Source: Candidatus Hermodarchaeota archaeon
GTDB lineage: Archaea > Asgardarchaeota > Lokiarchaeia > Sigyniarchaeales > SOKP01
DNA: 64,000 bases
Direction of reading: 5' to 3'
Assembly (NCBI GenBank): GCA_048885525.1
Contig: JBHLLP010000013.1
Location: 1-64,000 of the forward strand
Positions 41,003 through 51,276 of the stretch are shown in pieces (positions within the stretch are counted from its first letter, which is position 1; the number at the start of each line of letters is the position of its first letter). The notes beneath the pieces are model-generated. The model was not told the origin of the DNA and did not search any database. It saw only the letters and a list, made by a program, of their open reading frames with translations. The translations under genes were made by a program, and so were the position numbers.

Positions 41003-41839
41003 ATGAGTGAAAAAGTGCTAAAGATAGGAATTTTAAAAAATGGAACTATCGGATCCTCATTACTCCTCGCATTTCTATTAGATGAACGTGCTGAGTCTAC
41101 GAGAATTAATGTCTATGAGGTAACTTCTGGAGCAAAAATGCATCCTCCGGAAATCTGCACAAGAACTATGGAAGAATTATTAAAATGGGAACCTGAATTA
41201 ATAATTATGTCAAGTCCAAATGCAGCTTTACCAGGACCAAAAGCAGCGAGAGAAATGGTTAGAAATATTCCAACAATAGTTATTTCTGATTCCCCTGCAA
41301 AAAAAGCTGTTGATGAAATTAAAGAGAAAAATATGGGCTATATCTTAGTAAATTGTGATAGCATGATCGGAGCACGCAGACCTTTTCTTGATCCCATTGA
41401 AATGAGTATATTCAACTCAGATTTATTAAAAGTATTAGCTATTACTGGTGCCCTACAGGTAATAGCAGAAGAATTAAACAGGGTTATTATGGATATGCTT
41501 GAAGGTAGATCACCTGTCTTACCACAACGTATTATTGATGCAGATAGTGCAACTGAAGCGGCACAATTCTCAAATCCTTATGCAAGGGCAAAAGCAATTG
41601 CAGCCTTTGAGCTAGCAGCTTCGGTATCTAGAGTTACAGGAAAAGCATGTTTCCAATTAAAAGAAAGGTCTGAATATATGCCATTATTAGCTGCAGCTCA
41701 TGAAATGATGAGAACTGCTGCTTTAATGTGCGATAAAGCAAGAGAAATTGAAAAATCCAACGATAAAGTTATCAGAAGACCACATCATGCAAAACAGCAT
41801 TTCTTAACTAAGATTGGACTATATGATAAAGAAGAATAA
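41003..41839 (+). CDS. mtd: F420-dependent methylene-H4MPT dehydrogenase
   Basis: LLDERA, SGAKM, SPNAALPGP, DSMIGARRPFLDP and AAAHEMMR. Confidence 0.96.
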   Translation: MSEKVLKIGILKNGTIGSSLLLAFLLDERAESTRINVYEVTSGAKMHPPEICTRTMEELLKWEPELIIMSSPNAALPGPKAAREMVRNIPTIVISDSPAKKAVDEIKEKNMGYILVNCDSMIGARRPFLDPIEMSIFNSDLLKVLAITGALQVIAEELNRVIMDMLEGRSPVLPQRIIDADSATEAAQFSNPYARAKAIAAFELAASVSRVTGKACFQLKERSEYMPLLAAAHEMMRTAALMCDKAREIEKSNDKVIRRPHHAKQHFLTKIGLYDKEE

Positions 41840-41899
41840 TTAAAAAGAAATTAATTAAACCTTACTAATTTTTTATTTAAAATTTTTGAATGGAATTTT

Positions 41900-42871
41900 T
41901 TAAAAATCAGATGATTTTAAATAAAGCTTTAGATTTTTGAATGTATCACCATTTAATGCATTCATGACACTTGAAAAAACTTCAGGTTGTTTATTTCTTG
42001 TTACAGCCATTAAAACTGCTCCATTACTAACTTCTTTCACCAAAATCCAACAATGATCTGATTCATAAACAATAGTAGATAATGATAAAGGAGATAAATT
42101 TACTATATTTTGAAATTCCATAATCTGTTGATAAATACTATAAATATTAGAATCTAAAGTCCCAATTTCAAATTTCATAAATTGTAATGGTTTTAATTCA
42201 AATTTACCAAATGTGGATGAAATTAGCAACCCATCAGGTTGATTGAATAAAAGATATTCTGACAATGTATTTAGTTTCAACTCATCTAATAAATATCGAA
42301 TTTTTCCTAAACGTTGCATTGACAATGTATTCTTTTGAATTTCATAATCAAGAATTTCAATTAACCTATGTTGTGCGCTACCTTCTTTTACTGATACTGG
42401 TGTAAAGGAAAGTTTCTCTAATAACCCACCATTTAAATTTTTTGTTAGAATTTCATAGAATTCGTCTTCCTTCGATTCTTCTAAATCAATTTTGTTTAAT
42501 AGAACATAGACCATATCGATTTTAGGAGAAAATTCAAAGGTATATGTCAAAAATTTATCAAAAATATTGCGTACCTCGGGATCAATTGCAGCAGAATCAA
42601 CCATAAATACCGCTGTAGTTGCCTCTGAAAATATCAATTCTCGTTGGGATTCAGAAAAGTATCTCTCCAAGTATCTTTCCTGTCCACCTAAATCCCAAAC
42701 ATTCAGCTCCATAATACCACGAAAGATAAAGTTTTCCCTTGAAACTCCTTTAGTCGGTTTTAAGTTTAAAACTTTCATAAAATTATATCCTAAACAAGTT
42801 GTCCGCATCAAAGATGTCTTACCCGCACCAGCAGGTCCAAATAAAAGAATTTTCATTTCAATGCAACCCAA
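41900..42871 (-). CDS. Rag/Gtr1-like small GTPase with C-terminal roadblock/longin-like domain
   Basis: GPAGAGKTS, PT, WDLGGQERYLERYF..QRELIF (RagA-like), NKID and SVK. C-terminal LFNQPDGLLISS alpha/beta domain. Confidence 0.85.
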   Translation of the reverse strand: MGCIEMKILLFGPAGAGKTSLMRTTCLGYNFMKVLNLKPTKGVSRENFIFRGIMELNVWDLGGQERYLERYFSESQRELIFSEATTAVFMVDSAAIDPEVRNIFDKFLTYTFEFSPKIDMVYVLLNKIDLEESKEDEFYEILTKNLNGGLLEKLSFTPVSVKEGSAQHRLIEILDYEIQKNTLSMQRLGKIRYLLDELKLNTLSEYLLFNQPDGLLISSTFGKFELKPLQFMKFEIGTLDSNIYSIYQQIMEFQNIVNLSPLSLSTIVYESDHCWILVKEVSNGAVLMAVTRNKQPEVFSSVMNALNGDTFKNLKLYLKSSDF

Positions 42872-43086
42872 ATTTGATTTTATTTTTTATTTATTTTCAA
42901 TATATTTTTTATACTTTAATTTTTATTTAATTTTTTCTAATTATTCAAAGAAAATACTTTTATTTGAAATTAATCTCATAAAGATTTGTATAAATTATTG
43001 AAAAAAATAAGAAAAAAACAAAAATAAAATATCACTTTTAATTAAAAAATTTATATTAAGAAATAAATAATTGGAATGATTAAAAA

Positions 43087-43620
43087 ATGGAAGATTCGCT
43101 TTTGAAACATATAAGAAATGTTCCAGATTGGCCAAAACCTGGAATTCAATTTAAAGATATTACTACGTTATGTAAAACTCACGCACCGTTTAAAGAATCT
43201 TGTGATAGAATTATAAAATTCTATCAAGATAAAGGAATTACTAAGGTAGCAGCCATTGAAGCACGTGGATACGTTTGGGGCGGAGTGTTAGCATATCAAT
43301 TGGGTGTTGGATTTGTTCTTATAAGAAAACCAGGTAAATTGCCTTACAAAACTCTAAGTGAAACTTATGAACTTGAATATGGGACAGATAGTATTGAAAT
43401 GCATATTGATGCGATTGAAGAAGGAGACAAAGTTTTGATTTTTGATGATTTATTAGCAACTGGAGGGACTGCTAAAGCAGCTTGTAATTTAGTTGAAAAA
43501 GCTGGTGGTATAGTGGTAGGCATTGCTTTTGTAATTGAATTAACAGGAAGTTTGCACGGAAGAGATAAATTAGAGGGTTATAATGTACTATCATTAGTAG
43601 AAATACCTGTTGAAGAATAA
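43087..43620 (+). CDS. apt: Adenine phosphoribosyltransferase
   Basis: DWPKPGIQFKDIT, RKPGKLP and DDLLATGGT. Confidence 0.96.
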   Translation: MEDSLLKHIRNVPDWPKPGIQFKDITTLCKTHAPFKESCDRIIKFYQDKGITKVAAIEARGYVWGGVLAYQLGVGFVLIRKPGKLPYKTLSETYELEYGTDSIEMHIDAIEEGDKVLIFDDLLATGGTAKAACNLVEKAGGIVVGIAFVIELTGSLHGRDKLEGYNVLSLVEIPVEE

Positions 43621-43648
43621 AATTATTCTCTTAAAAACTATTTATTTA

Positions 43649-44653
43649 TTATTTTTTTAATCTTTCTAATTCTGGAGGTATATAGCCAAAAGTATTAAAA
43701 AATCTTTTCCGTACTTTATTAATATCAAACTTTTGTGTTTGAGCACCTCTAGTTTCCACTACAAATGATCCAATTATAGCACCTAATCTGCATGAATCCA
43801 ACAAACTCATATCTAAAGTTATTCCTGTTAAAATTGCTGCCCGATATCCATCACCCGCTCCAGTAGTATCTTCTATTTTTTCTGGAGTCGCGATGGGTAT
43901 ATTGATTCTAAAGATTTTATTATTTTTGTCTTTATAAATCAATACAGAACCTTCAGATCCTCTTGTTATTATTATTGCTTTAACATATTCAAGAATATTT
44001 TCTTCATTTAGTTCGGATTTTTCCTTTATTTGCTTTATCTCATGGGTATTACCAATTAAAATATCTGATTTCTTAATTATATTTATTAAGTTTTCTTTCT
44101 CAAAAAGTGGGGTTACTTGACCAGGATCAAATATAGATGGTATTTTTAAATCACTTAATTGTGTAGCAAAATGAACCATAGCCTCAACGCTTTGAGTTGA
44201 ATTTATTGCGCAAATAAATTCTTCTGGATTTGAAATTTTTTCCTTTAAATTTATATCCTTACATTTATCTAAAGCACCACCATGAAAAATAATCATTTGA
44301 TTTGCTTTAATGTCATTTACTATATAACAAGCAGCAGTGAAAAGATCTTCATACACATCAACTAGCAAATCTATACTTTGAAATTGATTTATATGATCCT
44401 TGTATCCCAGTCTCTCGAAATCATGTCCAACAGAACCCAATATAGTGACTTTAGCAATATCTAAAAGTCCTAGGTTATAAGCAACATTACCGGCAGTTCC
44501 TCCAAAAAATTGAAGGCGGCTATTTGCTGTAACAGTACTTTGATATTCCTCTTTATCATGATCGATCGAAACTGCATTTATAAAATTTTCTTTAAAACCC
44601 ATAATATAATCAAAAGCTAATGATCCAAGAACAAGAACTTTATTTTTTTGCAT
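43649..44653 (-). CDS. PfkB family kinase (nucleoside/adenosine kinase-like)
   Basis: GSLAFD, GGTAGNVAY, FDPGQ and DTTGAGDGYRA. Confidence 0.88.
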   Translation of the reverse strand: MQKNKVLVLGSLAFDYIMGFKENFINAVSIDHDKEEYQSTVTANSRLQFFGGTAGNVAYNLGLLDIAKVTILGSVGHDFERLGYKDHINQFQSIDLLVDVYEDLFTAACYIVNDIKANQMIIFHGGALDKCKDINLKEKISNPEEFICAINSTQSVEAMVHFATQLSDLKIPSIFDPGQVTPLFEKENLINIIKKSDILIGNTHEIKQIKEKSELNEENILEYVKAIIITRGSEGSVLIYKDKNNKIFRINIPIATPEKIEDTTGAGDGYRAAILTGITLDMSLLDSCRLGAIIGSFVVETRGAQTQKFDINKVRKRFFNTFGYIPPELERLKK

Positions 44654-44824
44654 AACAGATTATATTTAATTTTAGAAATATATATTAAATAAATCAATAT
44701 TATGTTAAAATTTTATAGAATTTGGGAGTAGCTTGTAATTTTTTGAAAAATAATTTATAAAATTTTATATTTTATATTTTAAACACCCTATATATGCTAG
44801 ATTATAATAGAGAGGAGAAAAACG

Positions 44825-45574
44825 TTGGTAAAAATAGGAATTATTGGGGGTTCGGGATTAGATAATCCGGACATTTTAAAGGAAGCCAAGGATATTGAAG
44901 TTAATACTTCATATGGGAAACCTAGTTCTCCATTAAAACTAGGGAAGATTCATGATGTTGATGTAGTTCTTATTGCAAGACATGGAAGAGAACATAGAAT
45001 TCCACCAACACAAGTAAATTATAGAGCTAACATACAAGCATTAAAAGATCAAGGATGTTCACATATTCTCGCGACGACAGCTTGCGGGAGTTTGAGAGAA
45101 AAGATAGATAGAGGAGATCTAGTGATTCTTAATCAATTTATAGACTTCACTAGACTCAGAAAAATATCTTTTTTCGAAGAATTTGCTCCTGGAGATATGA
45201 AACATACACCAATGGCAGATCCTTTTTCAGAAGAGCTAAGAAAATTACTTATTGAAACTGCAAAGGAACTGAATCTTAAGCATCATGAAACTGGAACGGT
45301 CGTTACCATTGAAGGACCAAGATTTTCCACAAGAGCAGAATCAAATATGTTTCGGATTTGGGGAGCTGATGTAATAAATATGAGCATAGCTCCTGAAACT
45401 ATTTTGGCAAATGAAGCTGGAATTCCATACGCAGCCGTTGCTATGTCTACAGATTATGATTGTTGGAAAGTTGATGAAACTCCCGTTACTTGGGAAGAGA
45501 TATTAGAAATATTTGGTAAAAATGTTAATAATGTTGTAGCTTTATTAACAAATACTATAAAAAAATTAAAGTAA
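44825..45574 (+). CDS. mtnP: S-methyl-5'-thioadenosine phosphorylase
   Basis: GIIGGSGL, RHG..H..PP..VNYRANI, EGPRFSTRAES and TDYDCW. Confidence 0.95.
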   Translation: MVKIGIIGGSGLDNPDILKEAKDIEVNTSYGKPSSPLKLGKIHDVDVVLIARHGREHRIPPTQVNYRANIQALKDQGCSHILATTACGSLREKIDRGDLVILNQFIDFTRLRKISFFEEFAPGDMKHTPMADPFSEELRKLLIETAKELNLKHHETGTVVTIEGPRFSTRAESNMFRIWGADVINMSIAPETILANEAGIPYAAVAMSTDYDCWKVDETPVTWEEILEIFGKNVNNVVALLTNTIKKLK

Positions 45575-45753
45575 CATTCTTTTTTCTTATTAGCTTCTTC
45601 TTTTTCCATAAGAGATTATTTATCACATAAAAATACATATATAATTGTCTAATACTTTACATTTCAAAATTTGATAAAATTATTATTTTTTTTATATTTA
45701 CACAAGGTAAGAAAATGATTTAAAGCTAATAATATTCTTAAAGACCTTTAAAA

Positions 45754-47061
45754 ATGGTTACTATCTCTTTTCTCGGTGGATGTAGAGAAATTGGACGAAG
45801 TGCGATACTAATAGAATCTCAAAATGGTGCTAAATGCATTTTAGATTATGGGATTCGATTCAGTGGAGAAGAAAGACTCCCTAATAACACAAATTTAGAA
45901 AATTTGAAGGCTGTCGCTCTAAGCCATAGTCATATTGATCATTCAGGTGGATTACCTTTATTATATAAGAAAGATAAAGTTCCATTTTATACAAATTCTA
46001 TTTCTCTAGCAACAGCAGAAATTTTAATTAAAGATATGATAAAAATTTCAAATTATCCATTTCCTTTTGGGTATCGAGAAGTAGATTATCTAAAAAATAA
46101 CTCCTATTTTCTTGAAAATGGAACTCGTCAAAAAATTTTTGATAATTTCTTTATAACATTTCTAGATGCTGGACATATTCCTGGAAGTGTATCAATTTTA
46201 ATCGAAGTAGATCATAAAATAATTTTATATACTGGTGATATTAATACACAAGTTACTAATTTGATAAATCCAGCTAATTGTGCTAATATTCCTGAGATAG
46301 ATGCTTTAATCATAGAATCTACTTATGCCCTCAGAGAGCATCCCCCCCGAAGACAACTTGAAGCGAAATTTGTAGAAAAAATTATTGAAATAACAACTAA
46401 TGGGGGGAATGTATTAATCCCAGCTTTCGGAGTGGCACGATCTCAAGAAGCTTTATTGATTTTAGAGAAATATAATTATAATGGAAAAATCTTTATTGAT
46501 GGATTAGCAAGAAAAATATCTATGTTATATTTAGATTATCCTAATTATATAAAAAATATCAATTTCTTTAAGAAAGCATTAAAGAAAACACAGTTTGTGT
46601 CTAGACCTAAAATTAGGGCAAATATAAAAAACTCCCATGGAGTAATAATTGCTCCATCAGGGATGTTAAAGGGAGGTGCAGCAATTGATTACATCCAATC
46701 AATATTACTAGATCCCTTATCAGCTGTCTATTTAGTAGGATATCAAGTAGAAGGAACACCAGGTAGAAATTTATTAGATCAAGGGATTTTTGAATACAAA
46801 GACTCAAGACGAAAGCGTAATCACCTTACAGATTTAAGAATTGAAGCAAAATGTGATTATGATTATTTTGATTTTTCGAGTCATGTTGATAATGTTCACT
46901 TACATGATTATATTGAGAACTTAAATTTCCAAAGTATTTCAAATAGGGATGTTTTCTGTATTCATGGAGATAATAAGTCAACAACAAGTTTAGCAAGTGA
47001 ATTGGTGAAAAAGGGATATAATTCAGTAGCTCCAGAAACTGGAGAAATTTATCGGATATAA
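45754..47061 (+). CDS. MBL-fold beta-CASP ribonuclease (aCPSF2-like)
   Basis: GGCREIGRS, SHSHIDHSG, AGHIPGS, YTGD, ESTY and FSSH. No KH domains. Confidence 0.88.
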   Translation: MVTISFLGGCREIGRSAILIESQNGAKCILDYGIRFSGEERLPNNTNLENLKAVALSHSHIDHSGGLPLLYKKDKVPFYTNSISLATAEILIKDMIKISNYPFPFGYREVDYLKNNSYFLENGTRQKIFDNFFITFLDAGHIPGSVSILIEVDHKIILYTGDINTQVTNLINPANCANIPEIDALIIESTYALREHPPRRQLEAKFVEKIIEITTNGGNVLIPAFGVARSQEALLILEKYNYNGKIFIDGLARKISMLYLDYPNYIKNINFFKKALKKTQFVSRPKIRANIKNSHGVIIAPSGMLKGGAAIDYIQSILLDPLSAVYLVGYQVEGTPGRNLLDQGIFEYKDSRRKRNHLTDLRIEAKCDYDYFDFSSHVDNVHLHDYIENLNFQSISNRDVFCIHGDNKSTTSLASELVKKGYNSVAPETGEIYRI

Positions 47062-47080
47062 ATTTTTTGAATAAATCAAA

Positions 47081-48607
47081 CTATTTTTTATGCAGTTGAT
47101 TTCGAACTGCTATGTTGCATTTTTCTAAAAATAATTCTATTTTTCCAATGGGGATTTTTGTTCCTGCTGCTGGAGGATGACCCCCACCTAGTACATCTAA
47201 ATTTGATTGTTGGCAAGCATCTCTAATTACTTGTGAAAGGTTTACTCCTCTATTCACAATATATTCATGGGCTCTCGCAGACACTTTATACATATTCTCA
47301 TCCTTTCTTATTGCTAAACCAAATATTGGCTTTGATTTATCAAATCCTTCACTATTTTCAAAAACTAGCATTGATGCAATGGTTCCAACTATGTTTTCTG
47401 GAATCACATCCTCTCCAAAAAAATATTGAATATAATCCTTTTGCTGAATTTTTTGGTTATCATTTAACCATTTAAGACTCGTTACTAACGACTTTTTATA
47501 ATTTAAAAGTATTTCTTGAGATTTCTTATATGCGATTTTTCGATCTCCCATTGCTATAGCGATTCCTAATGAGGCACTGTTTGTTCGTCCACAGGCATTT
47601 AACAGATTGGAAAATTCAGCCGCATCATGCAATTCTGAACCAACTAATTCATTTTTTAATAAATATCTGTTTATAATTAATTTTTCTACAATTTCACTTG
47701 GTTCAATATCAAGTTTTATTGATGCATATTCAATTATTGCTGAAGAAATCTTTTGTTTTTCATCTTTATTAAGTTCATTCAGTGATTTTATATCTCCAGT
47801 AGAATTTTCCATTAAAATTCCTAAAGTTTGTAGAAATATTAAAGATCTATTAACATCACCTGTTAAGCCGGGTAAATTAATTTCTTTAGAATATGCAATT
47901 GCTTCATTTAAAGGTTTTATTGAAGAAAAATTTAAATCATTTTTAACTTCTATAAGATTCATATTTATAGCATCTTCAAGTATTAATGAATTTAAACTGG
48001 AAAAGGATTTATTTGGACCTTGATTTTGAATATCTCCAATAGCACCTATAAGTGCAATTACTGACAGATCAATATTGTTTTTATTTAGACATTTAGTAAA
48101 AAAATAACTTAAACCAGCGCCGGAGATCTCAATACTACCATCAAATCCATAAAAATATGGATTAATATGCCAATGATATGATTTTTTATAAATTTCGTCG
48201 ATTAAATCAAGATCTTCCATAGATGGTACATTCTGAGGAAGATGATGGTCTAGTATAATAAAAGAATTAAAATTTTCCTTCAAGATCAATTGATTTTGAA
48301 GTTCAGCATATTGTCCACTTCCGAAATCAGTAAAAATTAAAAAATTTTTGAATTCTTTTATATTATTAGAGATTTTTGTAATTTCTTCCCTTTCTAATTG
48401 GCGCAAAACAGTAATTTGGAATGGAATTTTTTCTCTAAATAAAGCTTTACCTAGTATTGCACCTGCGCTTAATCCATCAGCGTCTAAATGAGTATATATG
48501 TGAATTGGTGAACTAATTTTATTTAGACTATTAAGAAAGTTGTTTTTAACAACCTTTATTGCATCAAAAAGCTTTTCTAAATTTTCTTTGAAACGATTCA
48601 TCTTCAA
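47081..48607 (-). CDS. RecJ/Cdc45-like DHH family nuclease
   Basis: HLDADG, TDFGSG, DHH, GAIGD and GGGHPPAAG. Confidence 0.9.
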   Translation of the reverse strand: MKMNRFKENLEKLFDAIKVVKNNFLNSLNKISSPIHIYTHLDADGLSAGAILGKALFREKIPFQITVLRQLEREEITKISNNIKEFKNFLIFTDFGSGQYAELQNQLILKENFNSFIILDHHLPQNVPSMEDLDLIDEIYKKSYHWHINPYFYGFDGSIEISGAGLSYFFTKCLNKNNIDLSVIALIGAIGDIQNQGPNKSFSSLNSLILEDAINMNLIEVKNDLNFSSIKPLNEAIAYSKEINLPGLTGDVNRSLIFLQTLGILMENSTGDIKSLNELNKDEKQKISSAIIEYASIKLDIEPSEIVEKLIINRYLLKNELVGSELHDAAEFSNLLNACGRTNSASLGIAIAMGDRKIAYKKSQEILLNYKKSLVTSLKWLNDNQKIQQKDYIQYFFGEDVIPENIVGTIASMLVFENSEGFDKSKPIFGLAIRKDENMYKVSARAHEYIVNRGVNLSQVIRDACQQSNLDVLGGGHPPAAGTKIPIGKIELFLEKCNIAVRNQLHKK

Positions 48608-48709
48608 TGGAAGTAGATTGTCATAAATGCAAAATTAATATTATATTAAATTATCAAAATAATAATATATACTCAATTAAAAAAAGTAATTGCAATAAGG
48701 TGAAAATAA

Positions 48710-49705
48710 ATGCATCATTTAAAAATTAATGAATTAGCTAAAATTATCGTTGAGAAAATAATAAAGAATAAGGAAATCTACAATGCAGAGATTCATATAT
48801 TAGATAATGGTGCTACTATCCTTGATATGAGTAAGGCATCTTGGATTGGAGGAAAATTAGTTAGTGAAATATGTATGGGAGGTTTAGCTAGTGTTAAATT
48901 TTCTTCCTACAATTTAGATGGGCACTTCATACCTAGTGTTAATGTTTATACTTCTGAACCAATAATCTCATGCATAGCTTCTCAGTTAGCTGGTTGGAAT
49001 GTTAAATTAAAAAAAGAAGTAGAAAAAGAAGGACAAATAAAAAAGAAAATAATATTTCAATCTTTAGGCTCGGGACCAGCTCGAGCTAAGAGTAAAGTAG
49101 AAAAAGTATATGAAGAATTAGATTATACAGACAACTCAAACTGTGCAGTTATTGTTTTTGAGACTTCAAAATTGCCAAATGAAGAAGTTATGGATATTGT
49201 GGCTAATAAGTGTGGAGTTAATCCAAATAATACCTATTCAGTATGTGCTCCAACTGCATGTTTGACGGGTTCTATTCAAGTAGCCGCTAGGATAGTAGAA
49301 ACAGGAATCCATAAACTACATGAAATTAAATTTCCAATAGATGTAATAAATGATGGTTTCGGAACGACAACGATTGCTCCAATAGCCAAAGATGATCTTG
49401 GGGCAATGGGACGTACAAATGATTCGATAAGTGCAGCAGGTTTAACGTATTATACTGTTAATATAGAAAAAGAAAAAGAAGAAGAGTATTTTGAACTTCT
49501 TAAAAAAGCACCCGCAAGTACGTCTTCGAGTTATGGAAAACCCTTTATAGAAACCTTTGAAGCAGCCAATTATAACTTTTACGATATAGATCCGGGATTA
49601 TTTGCCCCAGCAGTTTATACAGTAAATAATATCAAAACCGGGAAAAGTGTAACAGTTGGAAAAGTAAATCACGAACTATTACGTCAATCTTATGGATTAA
49701 TATAA
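48710..49705 (+). CDS. mch: Methenyl-H4MPT cyclohydrolase
   Basis: EICMGGL, SQLAGW, GSGPARA, QVAARIVETGIHKL, MGRTND and IDPGLFAPA. Confidence 0.96.
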   Translation: MHHLKINELAKIIVEKIIKNKEIYNAEIHILDNGATILDMSKASWIGGKLVSEICMGGLASVKFSSYNLDGHFIPSVNVYTSEPIISCIASQLAGWNVKLKKEVEKEGQIKKKIIFQSLGSGPARAKSKVEKVYEELDYTDNSNCAVIVFETSKLPNEEVMDIVANKCGVNPNNTYSVCAPTACLTGSIQVAARIVETGIHKLHEIKFPIDVINDGFGTTTIAPIAKDDLGAMGRTNDSISAAGLTYYTVNIEKEKEEEYFELLKKAPASTSSSYGKPFIETFEAANYNFYDIDPGLFAPAVYTVNNIKTGKSVTVGKVNHELLRQSYGLI

Positions 49706-49780
49706 TAATTAAAAAAAATATACTCTATTTTTAATTTTCAAGAATTTTTTTTAAAAAAAACTCGAAATAAAAAAATTATA

Positions 49781-50899
49781 TTACATGTTTGTTAATTCCT
49801 CTTTATACCTGAGAACCTCAGCATCAGAAATATCTCGATCATATTTTATCTTTTTCTGGATTCCCAAGTATGCACAAGCGAGCTTAGCAGCAGCAACAAC
49901 TTCGGCTTTTTTAAGAGTAATAGAATATTCATCTTGTAGGATTTGATCTTCCTGATATTGGTTTCTTTGAAGTGTTTTATCTTGAAATCTAGTGGCTCTA
50001 TCATTTTTCATTTTATATAATAAAGAAGCCATTTTATGAGCCACTTTAAAAGGTAATTGATTTTTAACTATTAACCGTATTATATTGTTTACATCAAAAT
50101 AATTTAAAGTCTCAAATTTTGCTCGAAGATAACTTTTAAGATTCTCTGAGTTTCGTTCACATTCAATTTCTGTCCAATCATGTATTGCTAGTTTTCTTCT
50201 AAAAAATACTAATTCCCAATCAATATCTAATTCTTTAAATAATTCAAACAATTTAGCGTCATTTGCTTTTCGAGATTCTATAATTATGTAAAGTTGAAGG
50301 CCATAATATTTATGTTCCTGTTGAAGAAAAAAACCTCTTTGTTGCATAGAAGAAAGAATTAACACTTTTAATGAAATTATATTATCAGATAAGTTTTTTT
50401 TTCCACAGCTCAAATATATGACATTTCCTTCTTCACTTATATATTCACTATCTAGGAATCCCAAAATACTTTCTTTATTTTCTTTTATTAATTTTAATAA
50501 TCCACTAAGAGTTGGCTTAACTTCATATTTAATTAAATCTTTTTCACCAATTGTGACATAATCATTGTAATTACTGCCAATAGCTAACTTAATTGAATTT
50601 AATTTAAGTTCTTTATCTGAACCGAATACTTTTTGAAAAGCCCTATTTATTGGGAATACCTCGTCCTCTAAAATTTTCAAATCAGCCATTGAACTTTCAT
50701 ATGGCTCAGGATCATTCAACATTTTATTTAAGATAGGAGCTTCAGAAGCATCTACCTCTATCTCATATGATTTTGCTAAATCTTTTCTTATGATATAAAA
50801 TGATCTTTTCTTTTTATTAAAGATTGAAAGCGATGTATATTCATTAAGGACAGCCCTAAATTTTTCAATGAATTTACTTTCTGTACTATCTGAACCAAT
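49781..50899 (-). CDS. Hypothetical protein with C-terminal TFIIB/cyclin-box-like helices; probable ATT start upstream of the ORF-track ATG (50722)
   Basis: The frame is open about 66 codons upstream of the ATG, and the ATT at 50899 follows GGAGAAGG. C-terminus IIRL...QLPFKVAHKMA...VVAAAKLACAYLG. Confidence 0.65.
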   Translation of the reverse strand: MGSDSTESKFIEKFRAVLNEYTSLSIFNKKKRSFYIIRKDLAKSYEIEVDASEAPILNKMLNDPEPYESSMADLKILEDEVFPINRAFQKVFGSDKELKLNSIKLAIGSNYNDYVTIGEKDLIKYEVKPTLSGLLKLIKENKESILGFLDSEYISEEGNVIYLSCGKKNLSDNIISLKVLILSSMQQRGFFLQQEHKYYGLQLYIIIESRKANDAKLFELFKELDIDWELVFFRRKLAIHDWTEIECERNSENLKSYLRAKFETLNYFDVNNIIRLIVKNQLPFKVAHKMASLLYKMKNDRATRFQDKTLQRNQYQEDQILQDEYSITLKKAEVVAAAKLACAYLGIQKKIKYDRDISDAEVLRYKEELTNM

Positions 50900-51096
50900 C
50901 CTTCTCCGACGAATTATTAATCAACTGATTATTAATAATATTTTATTAAATGCCTTAATTAACTTATAAAATTTTTATCTTAAATTCTTATCTAAAATAT
51001 ACTATAACTTCTTTTTTTATAGATTAAAAAATAATATACCTTAAGAAGTAAGTGATTTTTAATAATTCATTTTTAGACTTAAAATCTTACGAAATT

Positions 51097-51276
51097 TCAT
51101 TGTAGTTCTTCTTCAGCGAAAAAATTCTCACCTTTTTTCACATATGTAATTGTGGAACCAAAATTATTACGTATTGTATATTTATCCCCTTGTACTTCCA
51201 ATATTTCAATAGAATATGATAACCTTCTTTGATTTAGAATTTCTTCAATGATTTTCTTTTCTTCTTTTAAGTCCAT
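51097..51276 (-). CDS. Small hypothetical protein (59 aa), not in ORF track
   Basis: MDLKEEKKIIEEILNQRRLSYSIEILEVQGDKYTIRNNFGSTITYVKKGENFFAEEELQ: ATG start, protein-like composition, located in an otherwise empty gap. Confidence 0.7.
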   Translation of the reverse strand: MDLKEEKKIIEEILNQRRLSYSIEILEVQGDKYTIRNNFGSTITYVKKGENFFAEEELQ

